A DNA stretch of 64,000 nucleotides. Source: Phycisphaeraceae bacterium. Lineage in GTDB: Bacteria > Planctomycetota > Phycisphaerae > Phycisphaerales > Phycisphaeraceae. This document shows, piece after piece, positions 38,919-48,970 of this stretch. A program made the translations under genes and the position numbers. Positions within the stretch are counted from its first letter, which is position 1. Every line of letters begins with the position of its first letter. A model generated the notes under the pieces. That model was not told the DNA's origin. It ran no database searches and was given only the letters and a program-made list of their open reading frames with translations. The stretch is taken from contig OY771506.1 in assembly GCA_963674705.1 (NCBI GenBank), positions 1,472,001 through 1,536,000 on the forward strand, written 5' to 3'.

Positions 38919-40793
38919 ATGAATTCCACCGCGGCCCGTGTGGCCCAAGTTGTATCGGAACGCAAACCCTGGGTCGCGATCAAACCGATGGTCCCCGCAT
39001 CACCCAAAGCGGACATCCTCTCCGGACTCACCGTCGCGCTCGCGCTGGTGCCGGAAGCGGTGGCGTTTGCGTTTGTGGCAGGTGTCGACCCGATGATCGG
39101 GCTGTGGTCGGCGTGCATCATCGGCTTAGTCACCGCGATCCTTGGCGGCAGGCCCGGGATGATCAGCGGCGCGACCGGGGCGATGGCTGTCGTCGCTGTC
39201 GGCTTAGTTGCGATGCACGGCGTGGCGTACCTGTTCCCCGCGGTCATCCTCTGCGGCATCCTCCAGATCACCGTGGGCCTGCTGCGCTTGGGCAAACTCA
39301 TCCGAATGGTGCCCCACTCCGTCATGCTCGGGTTCGTCAACGGCCTTGCCATCGTCATCGGCCTGGCGCAACTCGGCAGTTTCAAAACGCTCAGTAGCGA
39401 TGGGATGATGCATTACCTGAGCGGCTCGCGCCTTTGGGTCATGCTCTTTCTCGTGCTATTAACGATGGCGATCATCTTTGTCCTGCCCAAGTTCACCAAG
39501 GCGGTGCCTTCGACACTGGTCGCGATCATCACGGTTTCTTTGATCGGGATCGGCCTGAACAGTTCACTCGCCGACCGGCAGACGGGCGAGAAGCCGGTGC
39601 TTACGGTCAAGGACATGCTCGTTGATGGCAGCCGGCACGCCGCAGTTACGCAGGCGGCGCGGCAGCAAGCCACCGAACGATCTGCCGCCGCGGTGAACCT
39701 GATAATGGATGCCGGCTTGGAAGGCCCGGGTGTCAACGTCGCGAGCGCATCGACACTCACCGGCGCCGCGTTGGGTAACGCGATCAAGCAGATGCCCGAA
39801 GCGCAAGTCGCCGGTGCGATTAATAGTGTCGATCCTGACAAGGTTGAACTCAAAGGCGACCTGCCCCTGCCCTACTTCTGGGAGAAGTCGTACAAAGACC
39901 TGCAAACCGCCGGCCTCGCGCCGCAGCTTAACCTGCAAACGCTGTGGATCATCTTCCCGTTCGCCCTCGTTATGTGCGGCGTGGGGCTGATCGAATCATT
40001 GATGACGTTAAGTCTGATCGATGAAGTGACCGAAACGCGCGGCCGAGGCAATCGCGAATGCGTTGGGCAAGGCACAGCCAATATCCTCTGCGGCATGTTC
40101 GGCGGGATGGGCGGTTGCGCGATGATCGGCCAATCGCTGATTAATGTGAAGTCCGGCGGCAAGGGCCGGCTCTCGGGGATCACCGCGGCGCTTTGTTTGC
40201 TCGCGTTTATCCTCGTGCTCGGGCCTTGGATCGAGATGATCCCAATGGCGGCGCTGGTCGGCGTCATGTTCATGGTCGTCATCGGCACGTTCGAGTGGAC
40301 CACGCTCAATACCTGGCACAAAGTCCCGTTGTCTGATGTGTTCGTGATGATCTTTGTCGCCGGTTACACCGTCATCATGCACGACCTGGCGAGCGCGGTG
40401 ATCCTAGGCGTCGTCATTGCCGCGCTGGTGTTCGCCTGGACCAAATCCACTCACCTCTTTGCCGACACCAAGTACAACGAGTTCGGCAGCCGGATCTATC
40501 AACTGCACGGCCCGCTGTTCTTCGCGTCCGTCGAATCCTTCAAGAAACTGTTCGACCCGGCCAACGATCCGGATGATGTGGTCATCGACTTCTATTACAC
40601 CCGCGTGTACGACCAGTCGGGCCTGGAAGCGATCAACTTCATCGCTGAACGATACCTCGCGCAGGGTAAACGCCTGCACCTGACGCACCTCAGCGAGGAA
40701 TGCCAGCAACTGCTGGGTAAGGCGGGCAGCCTGGTTGAGGCGAATATTTCAGACGACCCGCACTACCACGTCGCGACCGACCGTTTGGATTAA
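38919..40793 (+). CDS. SulP family anion permease with STAS domain and loop insertion
   Basis: [45 protein letters not shown]. Confidence 0.92.
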   Translation: MNSTAARVAQVVSERKPWVAIKPMVPASPKADILSGLTVALALVPEAVAFAFVAGVDPMIGLWSACIIGLVTAILGGRPGMISGATGAMAVVAVGLVAMHGVAYLFPAVILCGILQITVGLLRLGKLIRMVPHSVMLGFVNGLAIVIGLAQLGSFKTLSSDGMMHYLSGSRLWVMLFLVLLTMAIIFVLPKFTKAVPSTLVAIITVSLIGIGLNSSLADRQTGEKPVLTVKDMLVDGSRHAAVTQAARQQATERSAAAVNLIMDAGLEGPGVNVASASTLTGAALGNAIKQMPEAQVAGAINSVDPDKVELKGDLPLPYFWEKSYKDLQTAGLAPQLNLQTLWIIFPFALVMCGVGLIESLMTLSLIDEVTETRGRGNRECVGQGTANILCGMFGGMGGCAMIGQSLINVKSGGKGRLSGITAALCLLAFILVLGPWIEMIPMAALVGVMFMVVIGTFEWTTLNTWHKVPLSDVFVMIFVAGYTVIMHDLASAVILGVVIAALVFAWTKSTHLFADTKYNEFGSRIYQLHGPLFFASVESFKKLFDPANDPDDVVIDFYYTRVYDQSGLEAINFIAERYLAQGKRLHLTHLSEECQQLLGKAGSLVEANISDDPHYHVATDRLD

Positions 40794-40914
40794 CGTTGTG
40801 CTAATACAGTGATTTAAACCGGCGCGCGGTGGTTCGGCTTACGGTTTCTAGAAATGCATCTGTGGCCGATCTACAATCAGGCGTCTGATTCGAGATAGCA
40901 ATGCAGGAGTTGAT

Positions 40915-41358
40915 ATGAAGCGCGTGCGTATGCCCATACGAGTCGTTTGTCTTTGCTTGTTGTTGAACTTTACTGCCGGCTGCGGCGTGGAGCTAGCCAT
41001 GTTGGGGATGGCGACTTCGGCGGCATCGACCGGGGCGGCGGTTTATAAACGTGGCAAACTCGACGCGTCATGGATGGCCTCATTCGAGCTGGTTGCGGCG
41101 GCCGGCGAAGAGGCGTTCGAGGAATTGGGGATGCAGATCACCAAGTCAAAGGGCGATCAAGAGGAAGGCGAGTGGCAGATCGTCGCCGTCGACGACGAGG
41201 GACGGAAGATCAAACTGTATGTTGAACGCCGGACACCGCACCTTACCGAGTTTCAGATCGATGTCAGTATTTTCGGAAAAGAAGCAACCGCCCGCCTGAT
41301 ACTTAAGCGCATGGCGAACGTGATCGACCTTGGTGCCACACGCGACGGCACCAATTGA
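40915..41358 (+). CDS. Lipoprotein, DUF3568-like
   Basis: Lipobox TAGC, Ala/Gly-rich segment, Y..G.L, I.V.IFG.E..A.LIL pattern. Confidence 0.65.
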   Translation: MKRVRMPIRVVCLCLLLNFTAGCGVELAMLGMATSAASTGAAVYKRGKLDASWMASFELVAAAGEEAFEELGMQITKSKGDQEEGEWQIVAVDDEGRKIKLYVERRTPHLTEFQIDVSIFGKEATARLILKRMANVIDLGATRDGTN

Positions 41359-41493
41359 ATGGTCTCGATCTCATTGTTTTCAAAGCATCCAGATTACGGA
41401 AGCTCACAGATTGCATCTGTGCACCACCCAGCCATGCAATGGCTGGGCTTTAATGCAATCTATATACATTGTGACCCATTACTGAGACGGTGC

Positions 41494-42303
41494 CTATCGG
41501 TACACAACACTCGCAGCGCTCTTCGGCTTAACATCATGCAATGCCGAAGCGACGTGTGTGAAGTACTCGCCTAGCCCGACCACATCGGCGCCCAGACTCA
41601 GGAATTGATAGCCCAGCTCTACCAGACGCGCGCCGGTTGTGGGCGTTCCTACGGTACCCGCAAACTTGCCGTGCTTGGCCGCCGCCTCAGCAACACGTAT
41701 GCGTGCATCCTCGATCCGTGGATCGTCGAACTTCCCGGGTCGGCCGATGCTTTGGCTGAAGTCGCCCGGGCCGAAGAAAATCATGTCGATGCCTTCAACC
41801 GATGCGATCTGGTCGAGCTCATCCAGCGCTTCGACATCTTCGATCTGTACGATGATGAGTTTTTGTGAATTGGCGTGCTGCATGTATTCGTTGATGTCAA
41901 CCTGGCCGAACGCGCCGTCAGCGTTGCCGCCGTCGAGTGGACGTTGTCCGAGCGGGTGGAAGCGTGTTGTTTTCACGACCTCCTGCGCATCCTTCGCCGA
42001 CATCACGTGCGGGACCATGATCCCCGCAGCATCCATCTCCAGCGGGCGGATCATGTCGGAGTAGCCGCCGCGCATCACACGCACGATCGCGTCGGTGCCG
42101 TGTGCATAAGCAGCGCGTACACAGTTCTCAACATCACGGATCGAGTTCGGCACATGCTCGGTGTCGATCCACACACAATCGATGCCACAGATCGCAGCAA
42201 TCTGCGCAACGCGCGGATCGGCCAGATTCATCTTGATGCAACTGGCTGTGCTGCCGTTTCGAAGTTTGTCCAGAACACGGTTGGGACGTAACAGGTCGGC
42301 CAT
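41494..42303 (-). CDS. HpcH/HpaI family class II aldolase
   Basis: WIDTEH, GIMVPHV, RFHPLGQR, VQIE, FFGPGDFS. Confidence 0.9.
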   Translation of the reverse strand: MADLLRPNRVLDKLRNGSTASCIKMNLADPRVAQIAAICGIDCVWIDTEHVPNSIRDVENCVRAAYAHGTDAIVRVMRGGYSDMIRPLEMDAAGIMVPHVMSAKDAQEVVKTTRFHPLGQRPLDGGNADGAFGQVDINEYMQHANSQKLIIVQIEDVEALDELDQIASVEGIDMIFFGPGDFSQSIGRPGKFDDPRIEDARIRVAEAAAKHGKFAGTVGTPTTGARLVELGYQFLSLGADVVGLGEYFTHVASALHDVKPKSAASVVYR

Positions 42304-42436
42304 AGCCTAACTCCTTCATATGACCGGCTTGTTGTGCCGGCTTACGGGTTTTACCCGCTTAATTAGTCGTTCTTATCAATCGGTCACAATTAATTATTGA
42401 TCTCGTACTTCACATCTTCGATCAATCAGTTGCACT

Positions 42437-43339
42437 TCAGCGTTCTTTTTCCAGCAAAATCAAACCCTGGGCCGCCCGTATACGCACGTCCGCAACGGAA
42501 TCATCCAACAGTTCGATCAGTTTCGGTTTCAGGTTTTGCAGGCCCGCCTCCCCTGCCACCAGCGCCGCATTCGCCCGGGTCCCAGGTGACTGGCCGGCAA
42601 GTTGATCTTCGATCAGCGTGCGTGCATGCGCATCCCCTATCCGCGCCAGGGCCTGTATGCACGAAAGACGTTCAATCTCTTCGGTATCTTGCCGGTCAAT
42701 GATTTGGTGGAGTTGATCAACCGAAGCTGTGTCGGCTAACAGTCCCGCCGCAAATATCGCATATCGACGGGGTCGATTTTCTTTCAGCTTCAATGATTCG
42801 TGAAGCGCGTTAAGTGCAACTTCATGATCTTCTTCTGAACGCAATAGCGCTGCCGCGGCAAACACGCGGAGGTTTAAATCATCCTCCTGTGTCATAGCCT
42901 CCAGCAGCGCTTGACGTTCACCGATCTCGCCCAGTTTCAATAGTGTCTCCGCTGCGTGCACACGGGCGTTCGATTGTTCATCTTTAAGAGCATCAATAAT
43001 CAACGTGAGTTTGCCGGTATCGCCTGCCCGTACCAATTCGCGCGCCACCCCCACGCGGTGTTGTGGATCCGTTGTTTCCGGCAGTTGTTGTTCAAGACGA
43101 TCACGTACAAGCTCTTCACGTCCAAGTAGGGTCAAAGCCTCGGCGGCATGCATGCTCGGCCAGAACTCGTCGCCGTGCAGTCCTTCAATCAATACGCTTT
43201 CACATCGCTGCATTAATGGATCGGTTACGGGCTTATTGTCTGCCTGCATGCCGGCGCAGCCAGCACACAAGATCACAACCACCACCAGCAGCAGTGATTG
43301 AGCGATATGAACACCGGCATTTTTTGTCATCTGCATCAC
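42437..43339 (-). CDS. HEAT-repeat exported protein (possible lipoprotein)
   Basis: Hydrophobic N-terminus with LCAGC; repeated R..AA..L helical units; stop/start overlap with the symporter gene. Confidence 0.78.
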   Translation of the reverse strand: MMQMTKNAGVHIAQSLLLVVVVILCAGCAGMQADNKPVTDPLMQRCESVLIEGLHGDEFWPSMHAAEALTLLGREELVRDRLEQQLPETTDPQHRVGVARELVRAGDTGKLTLIIDALKDEQSNARVHAAETLLKLGEIGERQALLEAMTQEDDLNLRVFAAAALLRSEEDHEVALNALHESLKLKENRPRRYAIFAAGLLADTASVDQLHQIIDRQDTEEIERLSCIQALARIGDAHARTLIEDQLAGQSPGTRANAALVAGEAGLQNLKPKLIELLDDSVADVRIRAAQGLILLEKER

Positions 43340-44811
43340 GTCGCACTCTGCTCTGAAGTTGCCCTTGCTTCCACCGGTTTAACCAGCGATCCCAATCCCA
43401 CAATCAGCATGCTGACAGCGAACGCCGACGGCGCAACCCACAAGCTTTGCCACGGGCTGAAAGCAATCACCCAGGCAACCACGCTTCCCACCAGCATGCC
43501 CACGATCATAGCTAACGGCTGCACGCGCATCCGCAACAGCGAACACACGATGCATGCCAATAGCGGCCCGAGGAACGCGCCCAACAATGTCTGTGCGATA
43601 TCAAAAATATCCCCCAGATAGCTGACCAGCCCCGCAAGCACTGTCGCCAGCAGGCCAATCAATAAACTGGTGTTGCGGGCATATCTGAGTTTTTGTTTTT
43701 CCGTCATCGGGCTGCCGAACCTTGCGCGGAAGTCCAGCGTGATGTTGGCTGAGAGCGTGTTGATCCCGCTGGTCATGCTACTCATCGTCGCCGCAAGAAT
43801 GGCTGCAAGAACCAGGCCGGTGATGCCCGTTGGCAATTGCGTCGCGATGAAGTACGGGAAAACCTGGTCCGCATCCGCAGGCAGGTCGCTCGCCGGTACG
43901 CTGATGTACCAGGCCGCCAGCCCCAGACCGACCAGGCATAACAGAACGACTACGAGAATCACACCAATCGTATTAATCCCAAACGATCGGCTGGCTGCTT
44001 TCTCACTGCCGCAGGTGATGTAGCGTTGAAGCGACATCTGGTCGGACACGTAACTACTCAAGTTCGCCACCGTGAAGCCGGCAAGCATCGCCCAGATCGT
44101 GAACGGAACGGTAGGATTCAGCGAGAAGTTGGCGACTTTGAGTTTGCCGTTATCCGCCAGGCTTTGAGCCGCTTGCGACCAAGATATCGGCATCTTGGTC
44201 AGGATGATGATAAGTGCCAGCACCAGGCTGCCCGCGATCACGACGAACTGCATCGCGTCCGTCGCAATCACGCCGCGTATACCACCGAGCGAAGCATAGA
44301 CCGTGCTGCTGACACCGATGGTAATCGCGATCGCCCAGAACCAGCCATCCTCTAAACCGATCGCACCCATCAGTGCAACCGTCGGTGCATAGATCAGCGC
44401 CGCCATCCAGCCAACGCGCAATAGCAAAAACATCCCGGCCGCGAGCGTACGCACCTGTATCCCGAAGTGCTGCTCAATCACCTGGTACGGCTCACGCGGC
44501 GGGTTCTTCATATACCTCGGCAGGAACCAATACTTCAAGACAAACCACGACACGATGAAACTGACGAGCACGAAGAAAACAGTAACGCCGTTCTTATACA
44601 CAATGCTCGGGAAAGCGATGAAGCTGATCCCGCTGAATAGCGTCGCGGCGATACTCAAGCCGACGAGTATGTTTTGAAAGGTGCTGGTCATCCGCCCGCC
44701 GCCGGTGAAGTAGTCGTCGGCATCGCGTTGATGCCCGCCGTACCACAAGCCGGTCGCGATTGTCAGCAAGAGGTAAAGAACAATCACAATCCAATCGAGC
44801 GTTGTCAGCAT
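43336..44811 (-). CDS. Sodium:solute symporter (SSS family)
   Basis: DYFTGG, GGIRGVIATDAMQ, DQMSLQRY, AATMSSMTSGINT. Confidence 0.92.
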   Translation of the reverse strand: MLTTLDWIVIVLYLLLTIATGLWYGGHQRDADDYFTGGGRMTSTFQNILVGLSIAATLFSGISFIAFPSIVYKNGVTVFFVLVSFIVSWFVLKYWFLPRYMKNPPREPYQVIEQHFGIQVRTLAAGMFLLLRVGWMAALIYAPTVALMGAIGLEDGWFWAIAITIGVSSTVYASLGGIRGVIATDAMQFVVIAGSLVLALIIILTKMPISWSQAAQSLADNGKLKVANFSLNPTVPFTIWAMLAGFTVANLSSYVSDQMSLQRYITCGSEKAASRSFGINTIGVILVVVLLCLVGLGLAAWYISVPASDLPADADQVFPYFIATQLPTGITGLVLAAILAATMSSMTSGINTLSANITLDFRARFGSPMTEKQKLRYARNTSLLIGLLATVLAGLVSYLGDIFDIAQTLLGAFLGPLLACIVCSLLRMRVQPLAMIVGMLVGSVVAWVIAFSPWQSLWVAPSAFAVSMLIVGLGSLVKPVEARATSEQSAT

Positions 44812-44920
44812 GTGTCAGTTTCACTTCAACGGGTTAAAACCAAAGCGTCAATACACGATCGGGCACCCGTCGAATCGATCCCCGCTGACAGATAACGTTT
44901 GTCATCTGCGAGCGATCCTG

Positions 44921-46063
44921 TCAGGTCAGGTCCTGCAGGCTCGTAGCCGGGTCGAAGCCCGTCTGGATCTTGTATGACACGGGGCTATTCAGCGGGAGGT
45001 GCCCGTCGATCATCTGCCCAAGCAGTTCGACCGATTTACTGCCCGTGTACGATTCATCAACGATCACGGTCGCCAGCTCGCTTGCGATCACACCGTCGCG
45101 TTGCTGGCCCCCGACCGTCACGATGGATAAATCTTCCGGCACGCGGATGCCCAGGCGCGATGCGATCACATACACCCATTCACCGACCGGCATGAAACTG
45201 GTGAACACGGCCGTCGGCCGATCCTTACTTTTAAGTAGCTTCTCCAGCCACTCGGTAAGTTTGGGTGCAAAACGTTTGGGCACATCCGTAGCCGAAGCGA
45301 TGTCGCCGATGTATGACCAATCCTCATTCCAGGCCACATCCACGTCCCCCATGGCCGCGCGGAGGCCGCGCGCATAACCCATAGTGGCCGCGGATTGCTG
45401 GAAGGAAATAAATCCGATCTTCTCGTGACCGCGCTGAAGCATCGCCCTGCCCGCCGCTTCGCCGATCTCCCTTGCCGGATAGATCAGCAATGGCGCTTCC
45501 ACGCCTTCAACACCACGGTGCAGCAGCACGACGGGCACACCCTGGTTATGCAGCATCTCGATCTGATGGCGCGGCGGCGGCCCGCTCGTGGTCGGCAATA
45601 ACGCGACACCGCTGATCCCCTCGGTCATGATCTGGACCATGATGTCGCCCTGCTTGTGCACATCATTATTACTCGCACAGGCGATCATGCGCCGGCCGAC
45701 CTTCCCGGCCGAGGTCTCGAAAGAGGTCACAAGATTGGGGTAGAAACCGATGTTCAATTCCGGGATGACCAATGCATAAGCGTTGAGCCTGGCCGATCCG
45801 CTTGGCCGGGCCGGCTTCTGTGGTGCGACGACGTGCGTACCGCCACGCTTCTTGGAGACCAGCTTGCCTTCGGAGGCAAGGGCGCTGATCGCCCGGTTGA
45901 TCGTGCTGTACGGCAGGCCCGCCTCCGCCATGATCTGACGGATAGTCGGCAGTTTGTCGCCGTGCTTCAGCCGTCCCTCATCGATGGCCTGCCGCAACTG
46001 GTCGGTCACCTCGCGGGTGGTCTTCGGTGGACGCTGAAAGATCGTTTGGTAAAGGACAGTCAT
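44921..46063 (-). CDS. GntR-wHTH / LacI-type sensor transcriptional regulator (AraR-like)
   Basis: GDKLPTIRQI...TINRAISALASEG...GGTHV; C-terminal RPTAVF, GIRVPEDLSIV. Confidence 0.88.
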   Translation of the reverse strand: MTVLYQTIFQRPPKTTREVTDQLRQAIDEGRLKHGDKLPTIRQIMAEAGLPYSTINRAISALASEGKLVSKKRGGTHVVAPQKPARPSGSARLNAYALVIPELNIGFYPNLVTSFETSAGKVGRRMIACASNNDVHKQGDIMVQIMTEGISGVALLPTTSGPPPRHQIEMLHNQGVPVVLLHRGVEGVEAPLLIYPAREIGEAAGRAMLQRGHEKIGFISFQQSAATMGYARGLRAAMGDVDVAWNEDWSYIGDIASATDVPKRFAPKLTEWLEKLLKSKDRPTAVFTSFMPVGEWVYVIASRLGIRVPEDLSIVTVGGQQRDGVIASELATVIVDESYTGSKSVELLGQMIDGHLPLNSPVSYKIQTGFDPATSLQDLT

Positions 46064-46116
46064 GGCTTCACTTCCGGTGCTGAATCAATAAGGATCATTG
46101 ACCAGCCAGTATGGTA

Positions 46117-46165
46117 ACTTTAATCGAATTCCACTAGCCAGTCAATATATTATTCAACATATTGA
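46117..46165 (-). promoter_or_regulatory. Sigma70 promoter of the regulator with overlapping operator
   Basis: Minus strand TTGACT-N17-TAAAGT (46145-46117); palindrome TCAATAT-N10-ATATTGA at 46142-46165. Confidence 0.65.
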
Positions 46166-46372
46166 TAATAATATTCATAATTCTACCTGTCATTAACAAC
46201 CCAGGCCCCTTCGCGACCACATCTTATCCTCACACGGGCCGTTCGATCCATATTGAGTTGTAAATAATTTATTAAAAGTAATTTAAGTAAATTTTGCAGA
46301 CGGTTTGGCTTTCTTGGCCGGCACAGTCGCGACGATACGGCCAACTTTGGCTCGAAGTTTTGGATAAATCTA

Positions 46373-46402
46373 TTGACATGAATATTAAACGTGATATATT
46401 GA
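46373..46402 (+). promoter_or_regulatory. Sigma70 promoter of the divergent operon with overlapping operator
   Basis: TTGACA-N16-TATATT with extended TG; TGAATAT-N10-ATATTGA at 46379-46402. Confidence 0.7.
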
Positions 46403-46637
46403 TTATTAATAAATGTATGATTTGTTCTGATTGTGTTTTTTGTTGCGGCATTTATTCGGCGGGCTGACTGGCTTCCCAGTGTTCTCAAGCAGTCCGCTCT
46501 TGGCCAGAAAGGTGATCGTGAAAGCTTGTACTCGGCCAACCCGCGAAGCAGCACTTGTGCCCGGGTTGGCGTGCGGATTGTCTGCGGAGCGGTTCCGCAA
46601 TACACGCACTTATCTATATAGAGAGGATGGAGAGAGA

Positions 46638-47561
46638 ATGATGAAGCATGAATCGAGAATCAAGCGGTGGGTGATGCCTGGCGCCGTTGCCGGTTTTGCA
46701 TTGGCTTGTTTCGCGGGGTCGGCATCTGCAGGTTATGTCGATACCGTCACCTCGCAATCTCCCGAGTTCTACTGGCGGCTGAACGACACCGCCAAGGGAA
46801 CCATCGCCGTTGAAGTCGACAATAGTGCCACCGCCGACAGCTCCGCTTCCGTGCTGGAAACCAATGACATGACGGTCGGCGACACATCCGGTGTTTCGCT
46901 TTCACCAACCGGCGGTTTTGCTGGCTTCGAGGCGGGTAACTCCTGGTTTACCCTCCCCGGTACAAACTCCAGCGACCTGATCTTCAACCTGACCGATCCT
47001 AAAGGTGTCATGAGCAGCACACTGGGTTCGGTAACGAACTGGATCAAGACCACGACAGGACCGACGCCGACCTATACCTACGGCACCCTGCTGCGCGTCG
47101 ACCAGGGCGGGACCGGCTCGCTTTACACCTTCATCGACAACGAAGGCAAGTTCGGGATCCGTATCACCAACGGCTCCGGTGAAACGATCGTGCTGGCAGA
47201 TGTCCGAACAGTGAACTCATATAACGATGACCAATGGCATCATGTGGCTGCGACTTGGGATGAATCGGCAGGACAGGCGATTATCTATGTGGATGGCGGC
47301 AGCCTGCTCGGCGGCGAGACCGTGATCGGTACCTTCACGGATGGTGTTGATTTTATTTCCAGCGGTCGACATCAGTTCGGCAAGGGCCACAGTAATTCCC
47401 TCCGTTACGTGGGCAGTGCCGATGAATTGGCCATCTGGACTGGTGCTCTCTCTGACCAGCAGATCGCAGCACAGTATCAATCGGCGATCCCTGAGCCGAC
47501 CAGCTCGGCACTGATCGGGTTGGGTGCCTTGGCGCTCTGTCGGCGTTCGGTTCGAGATTGA
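46638..47561 (+). CDS. LamG/concanavalin-like PEP-CTERM protein (no dockerin)
   Basis: Signal peptide, YWRLND, DDQWHHVAATWD, IYVDG, DELAIW, IPEP-TM-RR. Confidence 0.85.
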   Translation: MMKHESRIKRWVMPGAVAGFALACFAGSASAGYVDTVTSQSPEFYWRLNDTAKGTIAVEVDNSATADSSASVLETNDMTVGDTSGVSLSPTGGFAGFEAGNSWFTLPGTNSSDLIFNLTDPKGVMSSTLGSVTNWIKTTTGPTPTYTYGTLLRVDQGGTGSLYTFIDNEGKFGIRITNGSGETIVLADVRTVNSYNDDQWHHVAATWDESAGQAIIYVDGGSLLGGETVIGTFTDGVDFISSGRHQFGKGHSNSLRYVGSADELAIWTGALSDQQIAAQYQSAIPEPTSSALIGLGALALCRRSVRD

Positions 47562-47669
47562 TCTGACGCACCTTCCTCCAAGAGCGGTGGTCACTTGACG
47601 GTGGCCCCCGCCATTAAAAACCAAGGCCGGACTACAAGACCGGCTTAATCAGGTAAGGAAACGCTCAAC

Positions 47670-48824
47670 ATGGCGATACGTGAAGGATTTACCAAAACGC
47701 TGGCAACCGTCCTCCTGTCAACCGCGATGGCTGCATGCACCGCGGTAGCGCAGCAGTCACCTGCGACAGGCAAGAGCGGTATGCCCGCCCGAACTTCGTC
47801 GGGAGAATTAGCCAAACCGACCTTTGCCATCGAAAACGTCTGCGCCTGGCCGAACCTTACGATGCTGGATGATGGAACGATCCTCGCCACAATCTACAAC
47901 AAACCGAGTCACGGCCTGATGCTCGGGGACATCGAAGTCTGGGGTTCTACCGATCAAGGTAAAACCTGGAACAAGCAAGGCGCACCAACCGTACACGAGC
48001 CCGGCGAACCCAACACACGCATGAATCACGCGGTGGGCCTGGCAGGCAACGGCGACTTGATCGTCATTGGTGGCGGGTGGTCTTTGGCGTACAAAGACCC
48101 TGACAATAAAGACAAGGGGTTCAACCGCGTTGCGCGTTTGCGCCCTTGGGTTTCACGCTCAAGCGACAACGGCCGAACATGGCAGGTCGATAAAGAAGGC
48201 TTCCCCGCCAACGCGCCGGACGGCGGCATCCTCCACGGCTTCGGTGACATCGTCTGCGGGCAGGATGGCGATCTGCGCGTCGCGGCTTATACCTACCACT
48301 ACGAACTGAAGAAGGCGATGGGCACTTACGTCCTTCGCAGTAAAGATGATGGCCGCACGTGGGGCGATCCGGTCTTGATCGATCCAGACAAAGAAACTGA
48401 TGAGACTTTCCTGATCCATCTTGGTGAAGGCCGTTGGCTGGCCGCGGTGCGGTCCGGTCGGTTGTTCCTGTATCGCTCGGATGATGATGCCAAACATTGG
48501 GAGCTGGTCGGCCCGCTTACGGAAGACAAGGAAGTCCCCGCTGATCTTCTGAAACTCAAAGACGGCCGGTTGCTTTTCTGTTACGGCCGACGCGTCGAGA
48601 GTGATGAATATGTCGCGGCGCGCATCAGTGAAGATGACGGCCAGACCTGGTCAAACCCCGTGCGTCTCGCGGAATTCATCGGATGGGACGGCGGCTACCC
48701 AAGCACGGTGCAACTGGCGGATGGCTCGCTGCTCACCGCTTTCTACGCACGAAAAACAACGTACCAGAACGGCCATCACATGGGTGTGGTTCGTTGGGAT
48801 GCTGATATGAGCTTTGAACATTAA
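47670..48824 (+). CDS. BNR/Asp-box sialidase-fold protein
   Basis: Five Asp-boxes (STDQGKTW, SSDNGRTW, SKDDGRTW, SDDDAKHW, SEDDGQTW), GGYPS; signal peptide. Confidence 0.85.
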   Translation: MAIREGFTKTLATVLLSTAMAACTAVAQQSPATGKSGMPARTSSGELAKPTFAIENVCAWPNLTMLDDGTILATIYNKPSHGLMLGDIEVWGSTDQGKTWNKQGAPTVHEPGEPNTRMNHAVGLAGNGDLIVIGGGWSLAYKDPDNKDKGFNRVARLRPWVSRSSDNGRTWQVDKEGFPANAPDGGILHGFGDIVCGQDGDLRVAAYTYHYELKKAMGTYVLRSKDDGRTWGDPVLIDPDKETDETFLIHLGEGRWLAAVRSGRLFLYRSDDDAKHWELVGPLTEDKEVPADLLKLKDGRLLFCYGRRVESDEYVAARISEDDGQTWSNPVRLAEFIGWDGGYPSTVQLADGSLLTAFYARKTTYQNGHHMGVVRWDADMSFEH

Positions 48825-48970
48825 CTGATTAATCAATATGTAACGTCAACGTTCTTTAACTCAATCGAATCGTCTTGTTCATTTTAAGTGGTGTTTCAAT
48901 CCTGAACACCCCGGTCAAAACCAGTCTCGCTGATAAGTGGGATCAACAAAAGAACTCTTAGGAGGTTCAC

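Noticed and set aside
46431..46637. Upstream in-frame extensions from the ORF track (also 4679, 18779, 25165, 32806, 38030, 55076)
   Set aside because: Downstream starts have a better RBS, signal peptide, stop/start coupling or family-typical N-terminus.
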